Of a stretch of 64,000 nt of DNA, positions 9,335 through 18,201 are shown in pieces (within the stretch, counting starts at the first letter, position 1; each line of letters starts with the position of its first letter). The stretch is from Candidatus Bathyarchaeota archaeon (lineage in GTDB: Archaea; Thermoproteota; Bathyarchaeia; 40CM-2-53-6): assembly GCA_963726255.1 (NCBI GenBank), contig CAVSBL010000002.1, forward strand, positions 288,001-352,000. The letters run 5' to 3'. A program made the translations under genes and the position numbers. Below the pieces are notes generated by a model that saw only the letters and a program-made list of their open reading frames with translations, did not search any database and was not told the DNA's origin.

Positions 9335-9601
9335 AATAGCATGTTACTTTGGCGGGTTTGTGATTGGTCGTGCGCACGCTTGGAGGTACCCCCAGGGGGG
9401 GTGACTCGGTTTTCCGAGTCTGACGGGGCTGGTTTTGCAGCTTTTCCTAGGTGGTTGCTCTTCCGCGCCGAATAGTAGTGTATGACATATGTTCGACATC
9501 CTTTCGTTCCGCTAGCGCGTAGGTTGATTGTGCACTGTTTTTCTTTGCACTGGAGGCCTGAACAGGCTTAAATTGAGCTTGGAATTGTGAACTCGTTTGG
9601 A

Positions 9602-9720
9602 GCCGGGGTTCCCGAGCCTGGTACGGGGCAGATGCACCTAAGCCTAAGCCTGGAATCAAAGGAACTGAAAGCCTGTGGTCCTCACGGGCCTCGAGGGTTC
9701 AAATCCCTCTCCCGGCGCCA
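9602..9720 (+). tRNA. tRNA-Ser (probably GGA) with two introns, 9632..9647 and about 9656..9669; CCA encoded
   Basis: Acceptor GCCGGGG/TCCCGGC, discriminator G then CCA; D-stem CCCG/CGGG; variable arm GGTCC-TCAC-GGGCC; T-arm GAGGG-TTCAAAT-CCCTC. Anticodon stem CAG|GC/GCCTG forms only after removing 30 nt. Confidence 0.88.
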
Positions 9721-9758
9721 TAACTTTCGATTCAAGGCCATTTCCACGCAAGCAAGAA

Positions 9759-10673
9759 TCAAATGCCGCTAGTGCTAGTGTGCAATATCCTCGGTTCTTT
9801 CGTGTGGGAACGCGTGGGTCGAGCAAGGTAGATTCCCAGCAGGACGAACCCGCCTCCAAGCATAAGCGCAGGGCTAACTTGTTCGGCTAAGAAGATTATT
9901 CCCATGAGAGGAGCGAGGATGGGGACTCCAAGTTGAACGAGCCCTCCTAGCGATGGAGCGATCTTCTTCACGGTTGCATTCCAGACACTGTAACTTAGAG
10001 CCGTGCTTACCGTACCCATATACAACGCTAGTCCTAGGTCCTGAAGCGAAATGTTTGTCGAAATCGATTGACCTGAAAGCGCGAGTGTCATCGAAGCAAT
10101 GATTGCACCTGCTCCGAAAATCAGAAAGCTGTTGAATGTGTAGCTGAAGGTGATCTCGAATCTCTTGCCGTATGCAGAGTACAATCCCCATGACGTGCCT
10201 GTTGCAGCCATTAGTAATACACCAAGTAGTGTTACTGAGCCTATTTTGCTGAAAGTTATGACTAGCACCCCGAGCAAACCTGACAATTGCCCCAGTAGTG
10301 AGCGGAGGGTCAACTTTTCCTTCTCTTCTATGATGGAATAGGCAAACATCGTCAACACGACGAATGTGTAAAAGACAAAAGTTCCCGCAGCGACCGGAAT
10401 GAACAAATATCCATAAGAGATTGCGAACGCGTAAGCGCCTAGGAAAACCGCACCAGGCAAGTAAGAAAAACCTGGTCTAGCATGCCGAAAAGTTGATGGC
10501 CTCGTTGACGTTAGAATTATCAGCATAAAGAGTCCGCTGACAAACCTGATCACCGTCACGAGGAAAGGCGAAACACGACTTACTAAAACCAAGTATCTAG
10601 TTATGACACTGTTAGCCGCGAAACATGTCATGACGACTAATAACACCAACCAGACACGAAAATCAAGCTTCAA
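9759..10673 (-). CDS. EamA/DMT family permease
   Basis: About 10 TM helices in two repeats; FAANSV..R, SWG.YS..GK, ALSY.VW, VP.LA...G..FL.E. Confidence 0.88.
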   Translation of the reverse strand: MKLDFRVWLVLLVVMTCFAANSVITRYLVLVSRVSPFLVTVIRFVSGLFMLIILTSTRPSTFRHARPGFSYLPGAVFLGAYAFAISYGYLFIPVAAGTFVFYTFVVLTMFAYSIIEEKEKLTLRSLLGQLSGLLGVLVITFSKIGSVTLLGVLLMAATGTSWGLYSAYGKRFEITFSYTFNSFLIFGAGAIIASMTLALSGQSISTNISLQDLGLALYMGTVSTALSYSVWNATVKKIAPSLGGLVQLGVPILAPLMGIIFLAEQVSPALMLGGGFVLLGIYLARPTRSHTKEPRILHTSTSGI

Positions 10674-10850
10674 GCCGTTTCCGCCCTAGCATCTTCCGAA
10701 TTGATGGCGAGTATTAGATCCCCAAGAGTCTTTGAAAACTCTTGGTGGTCGCACATTCTACAAACTAACGAACTGGCGTTGCAGCGACACCGGCCCCCAC
10801 GCAACAATTAAGTTTTAGCAGATTCTACAGATGTACTCGGCACGAAGGAG

Positions 10851-11102
10851 CTAGCTGCCCTCCTTCACCTCGACGATCTCGTCCGCGACCATGCCGTGCG
10901 CCTCCTTGTGAACTGCTGCGGCAGCTTCCTTGTTGGGCGCATCAATCATGCAGAACGCTTTGCCAGTCGACTCATCGAACCAGTATTTCATATACTTCAC
11001 ACCATATTTTCCCTGAACTTGAAGATCCTTGGCATGCGCGGCCATTATCGCCTCTGCAGTTAACCCGTGAATCTTGTAGTGGATGTCCATGTAAAGTGGC
11101 AT
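10851..11102 (-). CDS. DUF4242 (SCO4226-like nickel-binding) protein
   Basis: MPLYMDIH...AAHAKDL.VQ.KYGV.Y..YW.DE..GK.FC..DAP..EA...VH.EAHG..ADEI.EV; start ATG 11102. Confidence 0.88.
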   Translation of the reverse strand: MPLYMDIHYKIHGLTAEAIMAAHAKDLQVQGKYGVKYMKYWFDESTGKAFCMIDAPNKEAAAAVHKEAHGMVADEIVEVKEGS

Positions 11103-11215
11103 TCTTTGCGGCCTTCTTGCAGCCTTATACGATACGGGCACATTTATGTTTTAGCGTAACGTTCAGTTCGTCGTGTTTTTGATTCATGGATTGGGAATAT
11201 TGAGGCTTTGAACCA

Positions 11216-11941
11216 ATGCACATCGCGCTCATCGAAGATTTGCTAAAGGCGCCACTGCCGCCTGGGTCGTCGCTCCTAGTCGAATACGACCCTACATCAG
11301 CCTGGTATCAGGCTTCGATCTGTATTGCGGCAGAGTGGTTGAAAGCTGGTGGAGTTGTTACTTATGGTGTTTCCGCCCAACCCCCAGACAATATCCGTTC
11401 CCAGCTCGCACAACGCGGCCTTGATGTCAAGGATCTTGAGGCAAACGACAAGCTTAGGGTGTTTGATTGGTACACAGCGACGCTCGGCAGGAAATCAAAC
11501 GAAAAGTACGCCTTCTATTCCTTGAAAGCAGCCGACCTAAGCGTCCTCCATTCAAAATATCTAATGGCCACTGAGGTAGGAGTCGATTCGAATCCTCCAG
11601 TCCCTTCACCCGACTGGTTGAGGATATTAGATGACGCCTCCTGTCTTGGGAGGTTCAACGAAGAGAAGAGCTGGGTTGAATTTGTAAGGACCAGACTGAT
11701 TCCTATCGCTTCTCTATGGAAATCTACGGGAATTGGGGGTATTATTAAGGGAATTCACAGTGATTCGACCTACAAGAACCTGGAAGCTGCTTGTGATGGG
11801 GTGATTGATTTTAAGCTGGATGAGGCCGCGGACGAGGCTAAGAGCATGATTCGAATCAGATCAATGCGAAATGCGGGATTTGATTCGCATTGGCATAAGC
11901 TCAAAGTCGCCGAGAACTTCGAAGTTACGTTGGAAAAGTGA
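11216..11941 (-). CDS. placeholder
   Basis: Entry superseded: see the plus-strand call at the same coordinates; no minus-strand gene is claimed here. Confidence 0.
11216..11941 (+). CDS. RAD55/KaiC-like RecA-superfamily ATPase domain protein with degenerate Walker A
   Basis: PPGSSLLVEYDPTS where G.PG.GKT is expected; L...D.Y, DGVIDFK, IRIRSMR C-terminal KaiC-like motifs. Confidence 0.75.
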   Translation: MHIALIEDLLKAPLPPGSSLLVEYDPTSAWYQASICIAAEWLKAGGVVTYGVSAQPPDNIRSQLAQRGLDVKDLEANDKLRVFDWYTATLGRKSNEKYAFYSLKAADLSVLHSKYLMATEVGVDSNPPVPSPDWLRILDDASCLGRFNEEKSWVEFVRTRLIPIASLWKSTGIGGIIKGIHSDSTYKNLEAACDGVIDFKLDEAADEAKSMIRIRSMRNAGFDSHWHKLKVAENFEVTLEK

Positions 11942-12002
11942 CGGATAGTTCTTCGTGTAATTGTCGCGGTAAGTTGCTTCCACGCTTTTCCTTGGTGAGT
12001 CT

Positions 12003-12806
12003 ATGGGGTTTCTGCCTACCAAGACTTATGATGATCCTGCGAATTCCCAGGGTGGGTTTCCATTGAACGCATTGGGCACACTAGTTATCGTAATTTTGCT
12101 TGGGTTGGCTAGTTTCTTCTACACGATGGCGGGCTTCGCGGGCGGGTCAACTTTCACCGCTATCCTGCTCCTAATCGGAATATCCGCCGGGCAGTCCGCT
12201 TTGGGCGGTTTACTCTTTAACGTAGTGTCTGCGTCTAGCTCGATTTTTCGTTGGCGAACTCACTTCTCACGAGGTTTCGCATGGTTCATTATTGGTTCGG
12301 TTCCAGCGGCTTACCTTGCAGGACTATTCGTCCTGCCCGAAACTTTACTGAAAATTGTTATGGGCGTGGCTATAACTGCTGGCGGTGTGAGTTTGATTGT
12401 CATCACTTTTCCTTTGGGGCACATCGTTCTGAAATGGCCGTTCAAGATTCTGATCGGCATAGTGATCGGAGCCGTTGCCGGGCTGACAGGGATTGGTGGC
12501 GGTGTCTACCTGGCTCCAGTGCTGATTTTAGCGGGTATGGCCAAGCCAAAGACGACCGCGGCTACGACGACGGTGTTCATTCTGCTCAATTCACTCTCAG
12601 GCATAGTGGCGAGAACACCGCGCCTTGGGAGTTTGATCTTGTCAACTCCAGTTTTCCTCCTGAGCATCCCAGTTCTGTTCGTGTCGGCTCAGCTTGGAAG
12701 TCATTTTGGGTCAGAAAGGCTGAGTCAAATAAATGTGAAGCGCACTATTGGCCTAGTCCTGATTTCGGTGGGAGCTTACCTCACCCTAAGCGCCTTCATT
12801 CATTAG
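12003..12806 (+). CDS. TauE/SafE (TSUP) family transporter
   Basis: AGFAGGS and GLTGIGGGVYLAP repeats; multi-TM. True start may be TTG 12063. Confidence 0.85.
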   Translation: MGFLPTKTYDDPANSQGGFPLNALGTLVIVILLGLASFFYTMAGFAGGSTFTAILLLIGISAGQSALGGLLFNVVSASSSIFRWRTHFSRGFAWFIIGSVPAAYLAGLFVLPETLLKIVMGVAITAGGVSLIVITFPLGHIVLKWPFKILIGIVIGAVAGLTGIGGGVYLAPVLILAGMAKPKTTAATTTVFILLNSLSGIVARTPRLGSLILSTPVFLLSIPVLFVSAQLGSHFGSERLSQINVKRTIGLVLISVGAYLTLSAFIH

Positions 12807-12898
12807 CAACCGCGTTTTGACCGGCCACATCTAAATTCGGTAGATCCTTGAAGGTGAAAACAGAAATTGGGCGACACCACCATAACCTCTGAAGTCAA

Positions 12899-14377
12899 TT
12901 GGTCGGTTCAAGAGAAGATACATCCAAAATAGAGACTCGGCACCGAGATTTACCTCCAGAGCTTTTCAGAAAATGTGCCTACCAAGCGGTTGATTGGATC
13001 GCTGATTATCTTGAGAATATGAGCAGCTATCCAGTATTGTCCCGCACTAGGCCGGGTGAAATCAAATCATGCATTCCAAAGTCCCCGCCTGAACAGCCTG
13101 AGCCCTTCGAGGATGTGGTAAAGGATTTTCAAAAGATCATTTTGCCAGGAATCACTCATTGGAATCATCCTCGATTCTTCGCCTATTTTTCCATCACAGG
13201 CTCCTATCCGGGAGTTATCGGAGAAATGTTGTCAAGTGCTTTGAATGTGAACGCTATGCTGTGGAAAACCTCTCCATCAGCCACTGAACTTGAGGAAGTC
13301 GTGTTAGATTGGCTACGACAGATGGTTGGCCTTCCGCAACAGTTTGAGGGTGTAATCAACGATACCGCCTCGGCTGGAAGCCTGTGCGCTATGGCCGCAG
13401 CACGTGAGGCCATAGGTCTGCAAGTCCGCGAGAAAGGCCTGGCTGGCAGGGGTGGTCTTCCCCGACTACGCGCTTACTGCTCAGAGGAAGCGCATTCATC
13501 AATCGAAAAGGCGGCCATTGTACTAGGCCTCGGCCAGGATGGTATTAGAAAGATTCCCACCAACGAAGCCTTCCGAATGGACATACACGCGCTGGAAACG
13601 GCTGTCAAGTCCGACCTCGATGAAGGCATACGGCCGGTTTGTGTCATCGCCACAATCGGAACTACTTCAACCACGAGCGTCGACCCGGTGAATGAAATCG
13701 CCCAGCTTTGCAAGAAATACGGGATCTGGCTCCACGTTGATGCCGCTTATGGAGGCGCCGCAGCCATCCTACCCGAAATGCGAACGCATTTCGCCGGCTG
13801 GGACAATGCCGATTCGATAATCATTAACCCTCACAAATGGCTGTTCACGCCGATCGATTGCAGTGTTCTCTATTGCAGGCGCCCCGAAACCCTCAAACAG
13901 GCTTTCAGTTTGACTCCCGAATACCTTCGAACAGCAGAGGCGGGCGAAGCGAAGAATCTCATGGATTATGGTATCTCCTTGGGCCGCCGTTTTCGTGCAC
14001 TCAAACTGTGGATGGTTATTCGCTCACTGGGACGTCAAGGAATCGCCAACGCCATAAGAGAACACATTGCCTATGCCCATCGACTGGCGGAAAGGATTGA
14101 AAGCCATCCGGACTTTCAACTTTTGGCGCCGGTTCCCTTCAGCACGTTAGTCTTCCGGCTCTGCCCCAAAAATAAGAGTGGCTCAGACTCGGAAATTAAC
14201 GACCTCAACGAAAAGCTCTTGGAAGAAATCAACAAAACAGGCCAAGTATTTCTCTCACACACCAAACTCAGAGGAAAATTCGGAATTCGATTAGCGATTG
14301 GCAACCTGAAGACCACGTGGGAAGATGTATCTCTGGCCTGGGACATATTGCAGCAAAAGGCCGCAGAACTCACGTAG
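12899..14377 (+). CDS. Aromatic-L-amino-acid decarboxylase-like group II PLP decarboxylase
   Basis: PGITHWNHPRFFAYF, W.TSPSATELE, AHSSIEKA, WLHVDAAYGG, NPHKWL, LGRRFRALKLW. Confidence 0.9.
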   Translation: MVGSREDTSKIETRHRDLPPELFRKCAYQAVDWIADYLENMSSYPVLSRTRPGEIKSCIPKSPPEQPEPFEDVVKDFQKIILPGITHWNHPRFFAYFSITGSYPGVIGEMLSSALNVNAMLWKTSPSATELEEVVLDWLRQMVGLPQQFEGVINDTASAGSLCAMAAAREAIGLQVREKGLAGRGGLPRLRAYCSEEAHSSIEKAAIVLGLGQDGIRKIPTNEAFRMDIHALETAVKSDLDEGIRPVCVIATIGTTSTTSVDPVNEIAQLCKKYGIWLHVDAAYGGAAAILPEMRTHFAGWDNADSIIINPHKWLFTPIDCSVLYCRRPETLKQAFSLTPEYLRTAEAGEAKNLMDYGISLGRRFRALKLWMVIRSLGRQGIANAIREHIAYAHRLAERIESHPDFQLLAPVPFSTLVFRLCPKNKSGSDSEINDLNEKLLEEINKTGQVFLSHTKLRGKFGIRLAIGNLKTTWEDVSLAWDILQQKAAELT

Positions 14378-14537
14378 CCCTAACTCGCAAGACTAGCATG
14401 CTCGCTAAATGTTAAGTTAGGAATCCGCGCTTGTGGATCCAAGGAATCACTGCTTTCTGGTGAGCCGGGGTACTCCAATCCGGCAAGGTTTAATACAGTT
14501 CTGGCTTTCGCTACTTCGCAATCGGTGTAACTAGTAT

Positions 14538-15053
14538 ATGTCTCGAGAATTCCGGCAAATCCTCCGTGTCGCAGGCACCAACGTCGACGGCACGAAGAAG
14601 TTAGCTTACGGCCTTTTGCACATCAAGGGCGTTGGGCCAAGCTACTCCGTCGCAATAGTCCGGGCTGCTGAACTTAAGCCTGAGACGAGAATGGGCGAAC
14701 TTTCTGAGAGCGACGTTCAGAAGCTAGAGGATGTGATGAAGGACCCAGCAAAGTATGGTCTACCATCCCGCCTCTTCAATAGAAGGAAGGGTATCGAGAG
14801 TGGCCGTGACGTCCATTTGATAGGCGCTGATCTAGCGCTCAGCATCAAGACCGATGTTGATTTCATGACGGACATCCGAACCTGGAAGGGCGTAAGGCAT
14901 TCGTTGGGCCTGAAGGTTCGAGGGCAACGAACAAGGACAACGGGCCGGAAAGGTAGAGCAGTAGGTGTAGCAAAGAAAGTCGTTATGGAAGCCGCGAGGG
15001 CTGCCGCCGCTGCTGAGAAGAAAGGGGAAGAGCCCAAAGAAGAGAAGAAATAA
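14538..15053 (+). CDS. rps13: 30S ribosomal protein uS13
   Basis: I.RVAGTNVDG, IKGVG, NRRK, WKGVRH.LGLKVRGQRTRTTGRKG. Confidence 0.97.
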   Translation: MSREFRQILRVAGTNVDGTKKLAYGLLHIKGVGPSYSVAIVRAAELKPETRMGELSESDVQKLEDVMKDPAKYGLPSRLFNRRKGIESGRDVHLIGADLALSIKTDVDFMTDIRTWKGVRHSLGLKVRGQRTRTTGRKGRAVGVAKKVVMEAARAAAAAEKKGEEPKEEKK

Positions 15054-15065
15054 GGCTGATAGCAA

Positions 15066-15632
15066 ATGGGCGATCCGAAGAGGCAACGAAAGACCTACGC
15101 AACGCCTAGGCATCCCTGGCGCACCGATCAACTCGAACTCGAACTTCACTTGATGGGCGAATACGGCCTTCGCAACAAGCGCGAACTCTGGCGATACAAA
15201 ACCATGCTTTCAGAGGTCAGAGGCATCGCCAGGTCGTTGCTGGGGTCGACTGGTGAAGAGCGCGAACGCCTCGAACGCGAGTACCTCTCGAAGCTAAGCC
15301 GAATCGGTGTCCTGTCCGAGTCGGCTAACATCGATGAAGTCTTGGACTTGGAGATTAGAGACCTCCTTGAGCGAAGGCTGCAGACCATGGTATTCAGGCG
15401 GGGGCTAGCAAAAACGGTCTTTCAAGCTCGACAGCTCGTATCGCATGGTCACATATCTGTAGCAGGAAAAATCGTCTCGGTCCCTGGATATATGGTGAAA
15501 CGCGACGAGGAACAGAAGCTGAAGTATTTCTCGCATAGCCCGTTGTCGAAGGCTGACCATCCGCTTAGGAAAGTTATCACGGCAATGGCTGCAAGCCAAG
15601 CCGTAACTGAACCTGCCCCCAGCCCGTCCTAG
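15066..15632 (+). CDS. rps4: 30S ribosomal protein uS4
   Basis: [43 protein letters not shown]. Confidence 0.97.
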   Translation: MGDPKRQRKTYATPRHPWRTDQLELELHLMGEYGLRNKRELWRYKTMLSEVRGIARSLLGSTGEERERLEREYLSKLSRIGVLSESANIDEVLDLEIRDLLERRLQTMVFRRGLAKTVFQARQLVSHGHISVAGKIVSVPGYMVKRDEEQKLKYFSHSPLSKADHPLRKVITAMAASQAVTEPAPSPS

Positions 15633-15643
15633 CAACCTCTATG

Positions 15644-16060
15644 TTAGGCTCGTCTCCTAAGAACAAGGAAGAGAACGAGAACCGCAACGGTCAGGACCGC
15701 GGCCAAAGTGATTAGGCCAACTGAGTAGGGACCGTTACCCAGGATTATTGGTATCGGCCCGATCAGTATGATTGCACCGCCACTTACTCCTCCTTGGTTC
15801 GATAACGAACCGAATGTCATCAACAACGTGCCTATGAAGATCGCAGCGAATGCTATGAAAAACAACCACGTAGCCCAAGAAAATGGGGCCGGAGCCGAAT
15901 AGTTCCCGGCGGCGGGCGTCAACTTCGCCGTGCAATCAGAACAGTGCCAGCTGGCTGAATCGATACAGTTACCGCAAACGGCCTTCCCACACGCTTGGCA
16001 TATGTAAGTCGCCGGGCTCATCCGACAGATACCACAGAGAGGGGCAGCCATACTGTTCAC
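15644..16060 (-). CDS. DUF131-like membrane protein with N-terminal Zn finger (B-box-like)
   Basis: Eight Cys in CxxC pairs, then TM and GGAIILIGPIPIILG. Confidence 0.75.
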   Translation of the reverse strand: MNSMAAPLCGICRMSPATYICQACGKAVCGNCIDSASWHCSDCTAKLTPAAGNYSAPAPFSWATWLFFIAFAAIFIGTLLMTFGSLSNQGGVSGGAIILIGPIPIILGNGPYSVGLITLAAVLTVAVLVLFLVLRRRA

Positions 16061-16320
16061 CGGGTCAGAAGCGAAGGAAGGAGCATAAAAACGAAGACGA
16101 CGGCTATGAGAATTACCGCAAGAACCACGAGAGCCTTGACTGAACCACGATCCGTCCCGAATATTATGGGAATCGGGCCAACCAGCAAAATTCCTGCTCC
16201 ACGAACCTTCGCTCCGCCACTCCCCGCCCTAACCATGAGAAGAATCACCGCGACAAATGCCAGGACAAATCCAAAAATAACCAGGACGAAGCCAATCTCA
16301 GCGATAGAACTCGCGCTCAT
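16057..16320 (-). CDS. DUF131 (TIGR00304-type) small membrane protein
   Basis: GAGILLVGPIPIIFGTD motif between TM helices. Confidence 0.85.
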   Translation of the reverse strand: MSASSIAEIGFVLVIFGFVLAFVAVILLMVRAGSGGAKVRGAGILLVGPIPIIFGTDRGSVKALVVLAVILIAVVFVFMLLPSLLTR

Positions 16321-16558
16321 CGTTTCGCGGCCTTAACTCAATTCGAAATCACTCGCGAACATTAACTCTTCGACAACATTTTCGATTGAGAGTGTTCGAA
16401 AAGTCGTAATAGTTTATAAGCCCCGCAGAGCTACCTCCGAAAGCTCTTTGCAAAGAAGTGAAAATATCGTGGACCCCGGACCCGAACGACAAGATTCAAG
16501 TCGTAATGGCAAATGTGGCCCACGAGATGCGCCGTTTCATTCGAGGGGTCCGTAGGCC

Positions 16559-17386
16559 TTGGACGTAAAGATTCTAGAAGAGAAAGATAACACGCTCCGG
16601 TTCCTGCTGAAAGGAACGGGACATGCTTACGCCAACGCCCTGCGCCGCGCGATGATGGCCGAAGTCCCGGTAATGGCCATCGAGGACGTTATCATAATCG
16701 AAAACACATCCGTCCTCTATGATGAAGTCATAGCCCACAGGCTTGGGCTAGTACCAATCAAGACGGACTTGGATGCTTACGTTCTACCTGAGGAATGCGA
16801 CTGCAAGAGTGAACTGGGATGCAGTAAATGCAGGGCCTCGTTCACGCTTGAAGCAGAGGCAGTGGATGAGCCAGTCATGGTATACTCTTCGGCTTTGCAA
16901 GCAGAAGGCGATGCAAAACCCGTGAGCGGCGGCATACCCATAGTCAAACTGGCCCCCATGCAGAAGTTGAAAATTGAGGCTTACGCTAGGCTAGGGCGCG
17001 GATTGGAGCACGCCAAGTGGCAGCCCACCTCAGCTTGCGCCTACAAGTACCTGCCAAAAGTAACCCTAAACGCCGAAAACCTAGCTAACCCCGACGAGGT
17101 TATCCAGGTTTGCCCAACCGACGTATACGCCCAAGACCCTGAGAGCAAAATCACCGTTCGCGACGAACTTGCCTGCACGCTCTGCATGGACTGCGTTGAG
17201 AAAGCTGTCCCGGTGGATCCCAAGAAAACCTTCCCCATCAAGATCGAAGGCGACGAGACATCATACCTGTTCTACGTAGAATCAACCGGTGCCATACCAC
17301 CAAAGAGAATCACGGAAGAAGCCGCGAAGGTCCTCGACAAAAAAGCGACAACCCTCGCCGACTTAGCCAAGAAGGGTTTCGAATAG
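16559..17386 (+). CDS. rpoD: DNA-directed RNA polymerase subunit D (Rpo3)
   Basis: ANALRR, NTSVLYDEVIAHRLGLVP, G.G.EHAKWQP; Fe-S insert with CP and CTLCMDC. Confidence 0.97.
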   Translation: MDVKILEEKDNTLRFLLKGTGHAYANALRRAMMAEVPVMAIEDVIIIENTSVLYDEVIAHRLGLVPIKTDLDAYVLPEECDCKSELGCSKCRASFTLEAEAVDEPVMVYSSALQAEGDAKPVSGGIPIVKLAPMQKLKIEAYARLGRGLEHAKWQPTSACAYKYLPKVTLNAENLANPDEVIQVCPTDVYAQDPESKITVRDELACTLCMDCVEKAVPVDPKKTFPIKIEGDETSYLFYVESTGAIPPKRITEEAAKVLDKKATTLADLAKKGFE

Positions 17387-17398
17387 GAGAACAACTTC

Positions 17399-17758
17399 AT
17401 GCGCCGAATGATAACAAACCCCGAACTGCTCGATACAATCAGATTCCTTAAGGTACAGGCCAGAGAAAACAAAGCCAAGATCTGGAAGGTAACAGCCGAA
17501 TCCCTCTCCGGCCCTAGAAGAAACAGGGCGGTATTAGACCTGAATCACATATCGCGAGCTTCGAAACGTGACGCATTCATACTCGTGCCAGGCAAAGTCC
17601 TAGCAGCCGGCTACATGAAACATCCCGTAACCGTCGGAGCCCTTCAGTTCTCCCAGGCTGCGAAAACGAAGATTGAACGGGCCGGCGGCAAATGCCTAGC
17701 GATCAAGGACTTCGTCAGCAAAAACCCAAAGGGATCAAACGTTCTAATCATGAGATGA
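17399..17758 (+). CDS. rpl18e: 50S ribosomal protein eL18
   Basis: TNPEL, A.IW..AE.L..PRR.R, VPGKVL, FS..A..KI..AGG, NPKGSNV. Confidence 0.95.
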   Translation: MRRMITNPELLDTIRFLKVQARENKAKIWKVTAESLSGPRRNRAVLDLNHISRASKRDAFILVPGKVLAAGYMKHPVTVGALQFSQAAKTKIERAGGKCLAIKDFVSKNPKGSNVLIMR

Positions 17759-18195
17759 GCGCCATGTCGAAAGAACCTGTGCTACTGGACGCGAAGAATC
17801 AAATCCTCGGGCGGCTGGCCAGCTACGTCGCGAAACACGCCCTAAGCGGCGACAACATCATAGTGCTTAACGCTGAAAAGGCCGTAATTTCCGGAAGGCG
17901 AAAGAACATTGTGGAAGAAGCAAAACATCGGCTCGAAACGAGAACACTTGCAAGTCAGACAACCGCCCCCGTACACCAACGGCGGCCAGACCTATACTTC
18001 AGGCGAGTAGTTCGGGGCATGCTCCCATGGAAGAAGGCTAAAGGAAAAGCCGCCTTCCACAGGGTCATGGTGTACATAGGCGTCCCGGAAGAGTACTCAA
18101 ACAAGGAAGCGGTGAAAGTACCCGGCGCAGACGCGTCAAACCTCGCTTCACCCTACATAACCCTAGCAGACCTCGCGACGGAGATTGGAGGGTAA
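17755..18195 (+). CDS. rpl13: 50S ribosomal protein uL13
   Basis: DA.NQILGRLAS, NAEKAVISG, RPD..FRR.VRGMLP. Confidence 0.96.
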   Translation: MSAMSKEPVLLDAKNQILGRLASYVAKHALSGDNIIVLNAEKAVISGRRKNIVEEAKHRLETRTLASQTTAPVHQRRPDLYFRRVVRGMLPWKKAKGKAAFHRVMVYIGVPEEYSNKEAVKVPGADASNLASPYITLADLATEIGG

Positions 18196-18201
18196 ATTTG
18201 A

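Noticed and set aside
11216-11941. Minus-strand feature entry at the KaiC-like locus
   Set aside because: No gene is supported on that strand; only the plus-strand call stands.
14463-14472. GAGCCGGGGT matching the tRNA-Ser 5' end as a possible att site
   Set aside because: Only 10 bp, no integrase, and att duplications usually involve the tRNA 3' half.
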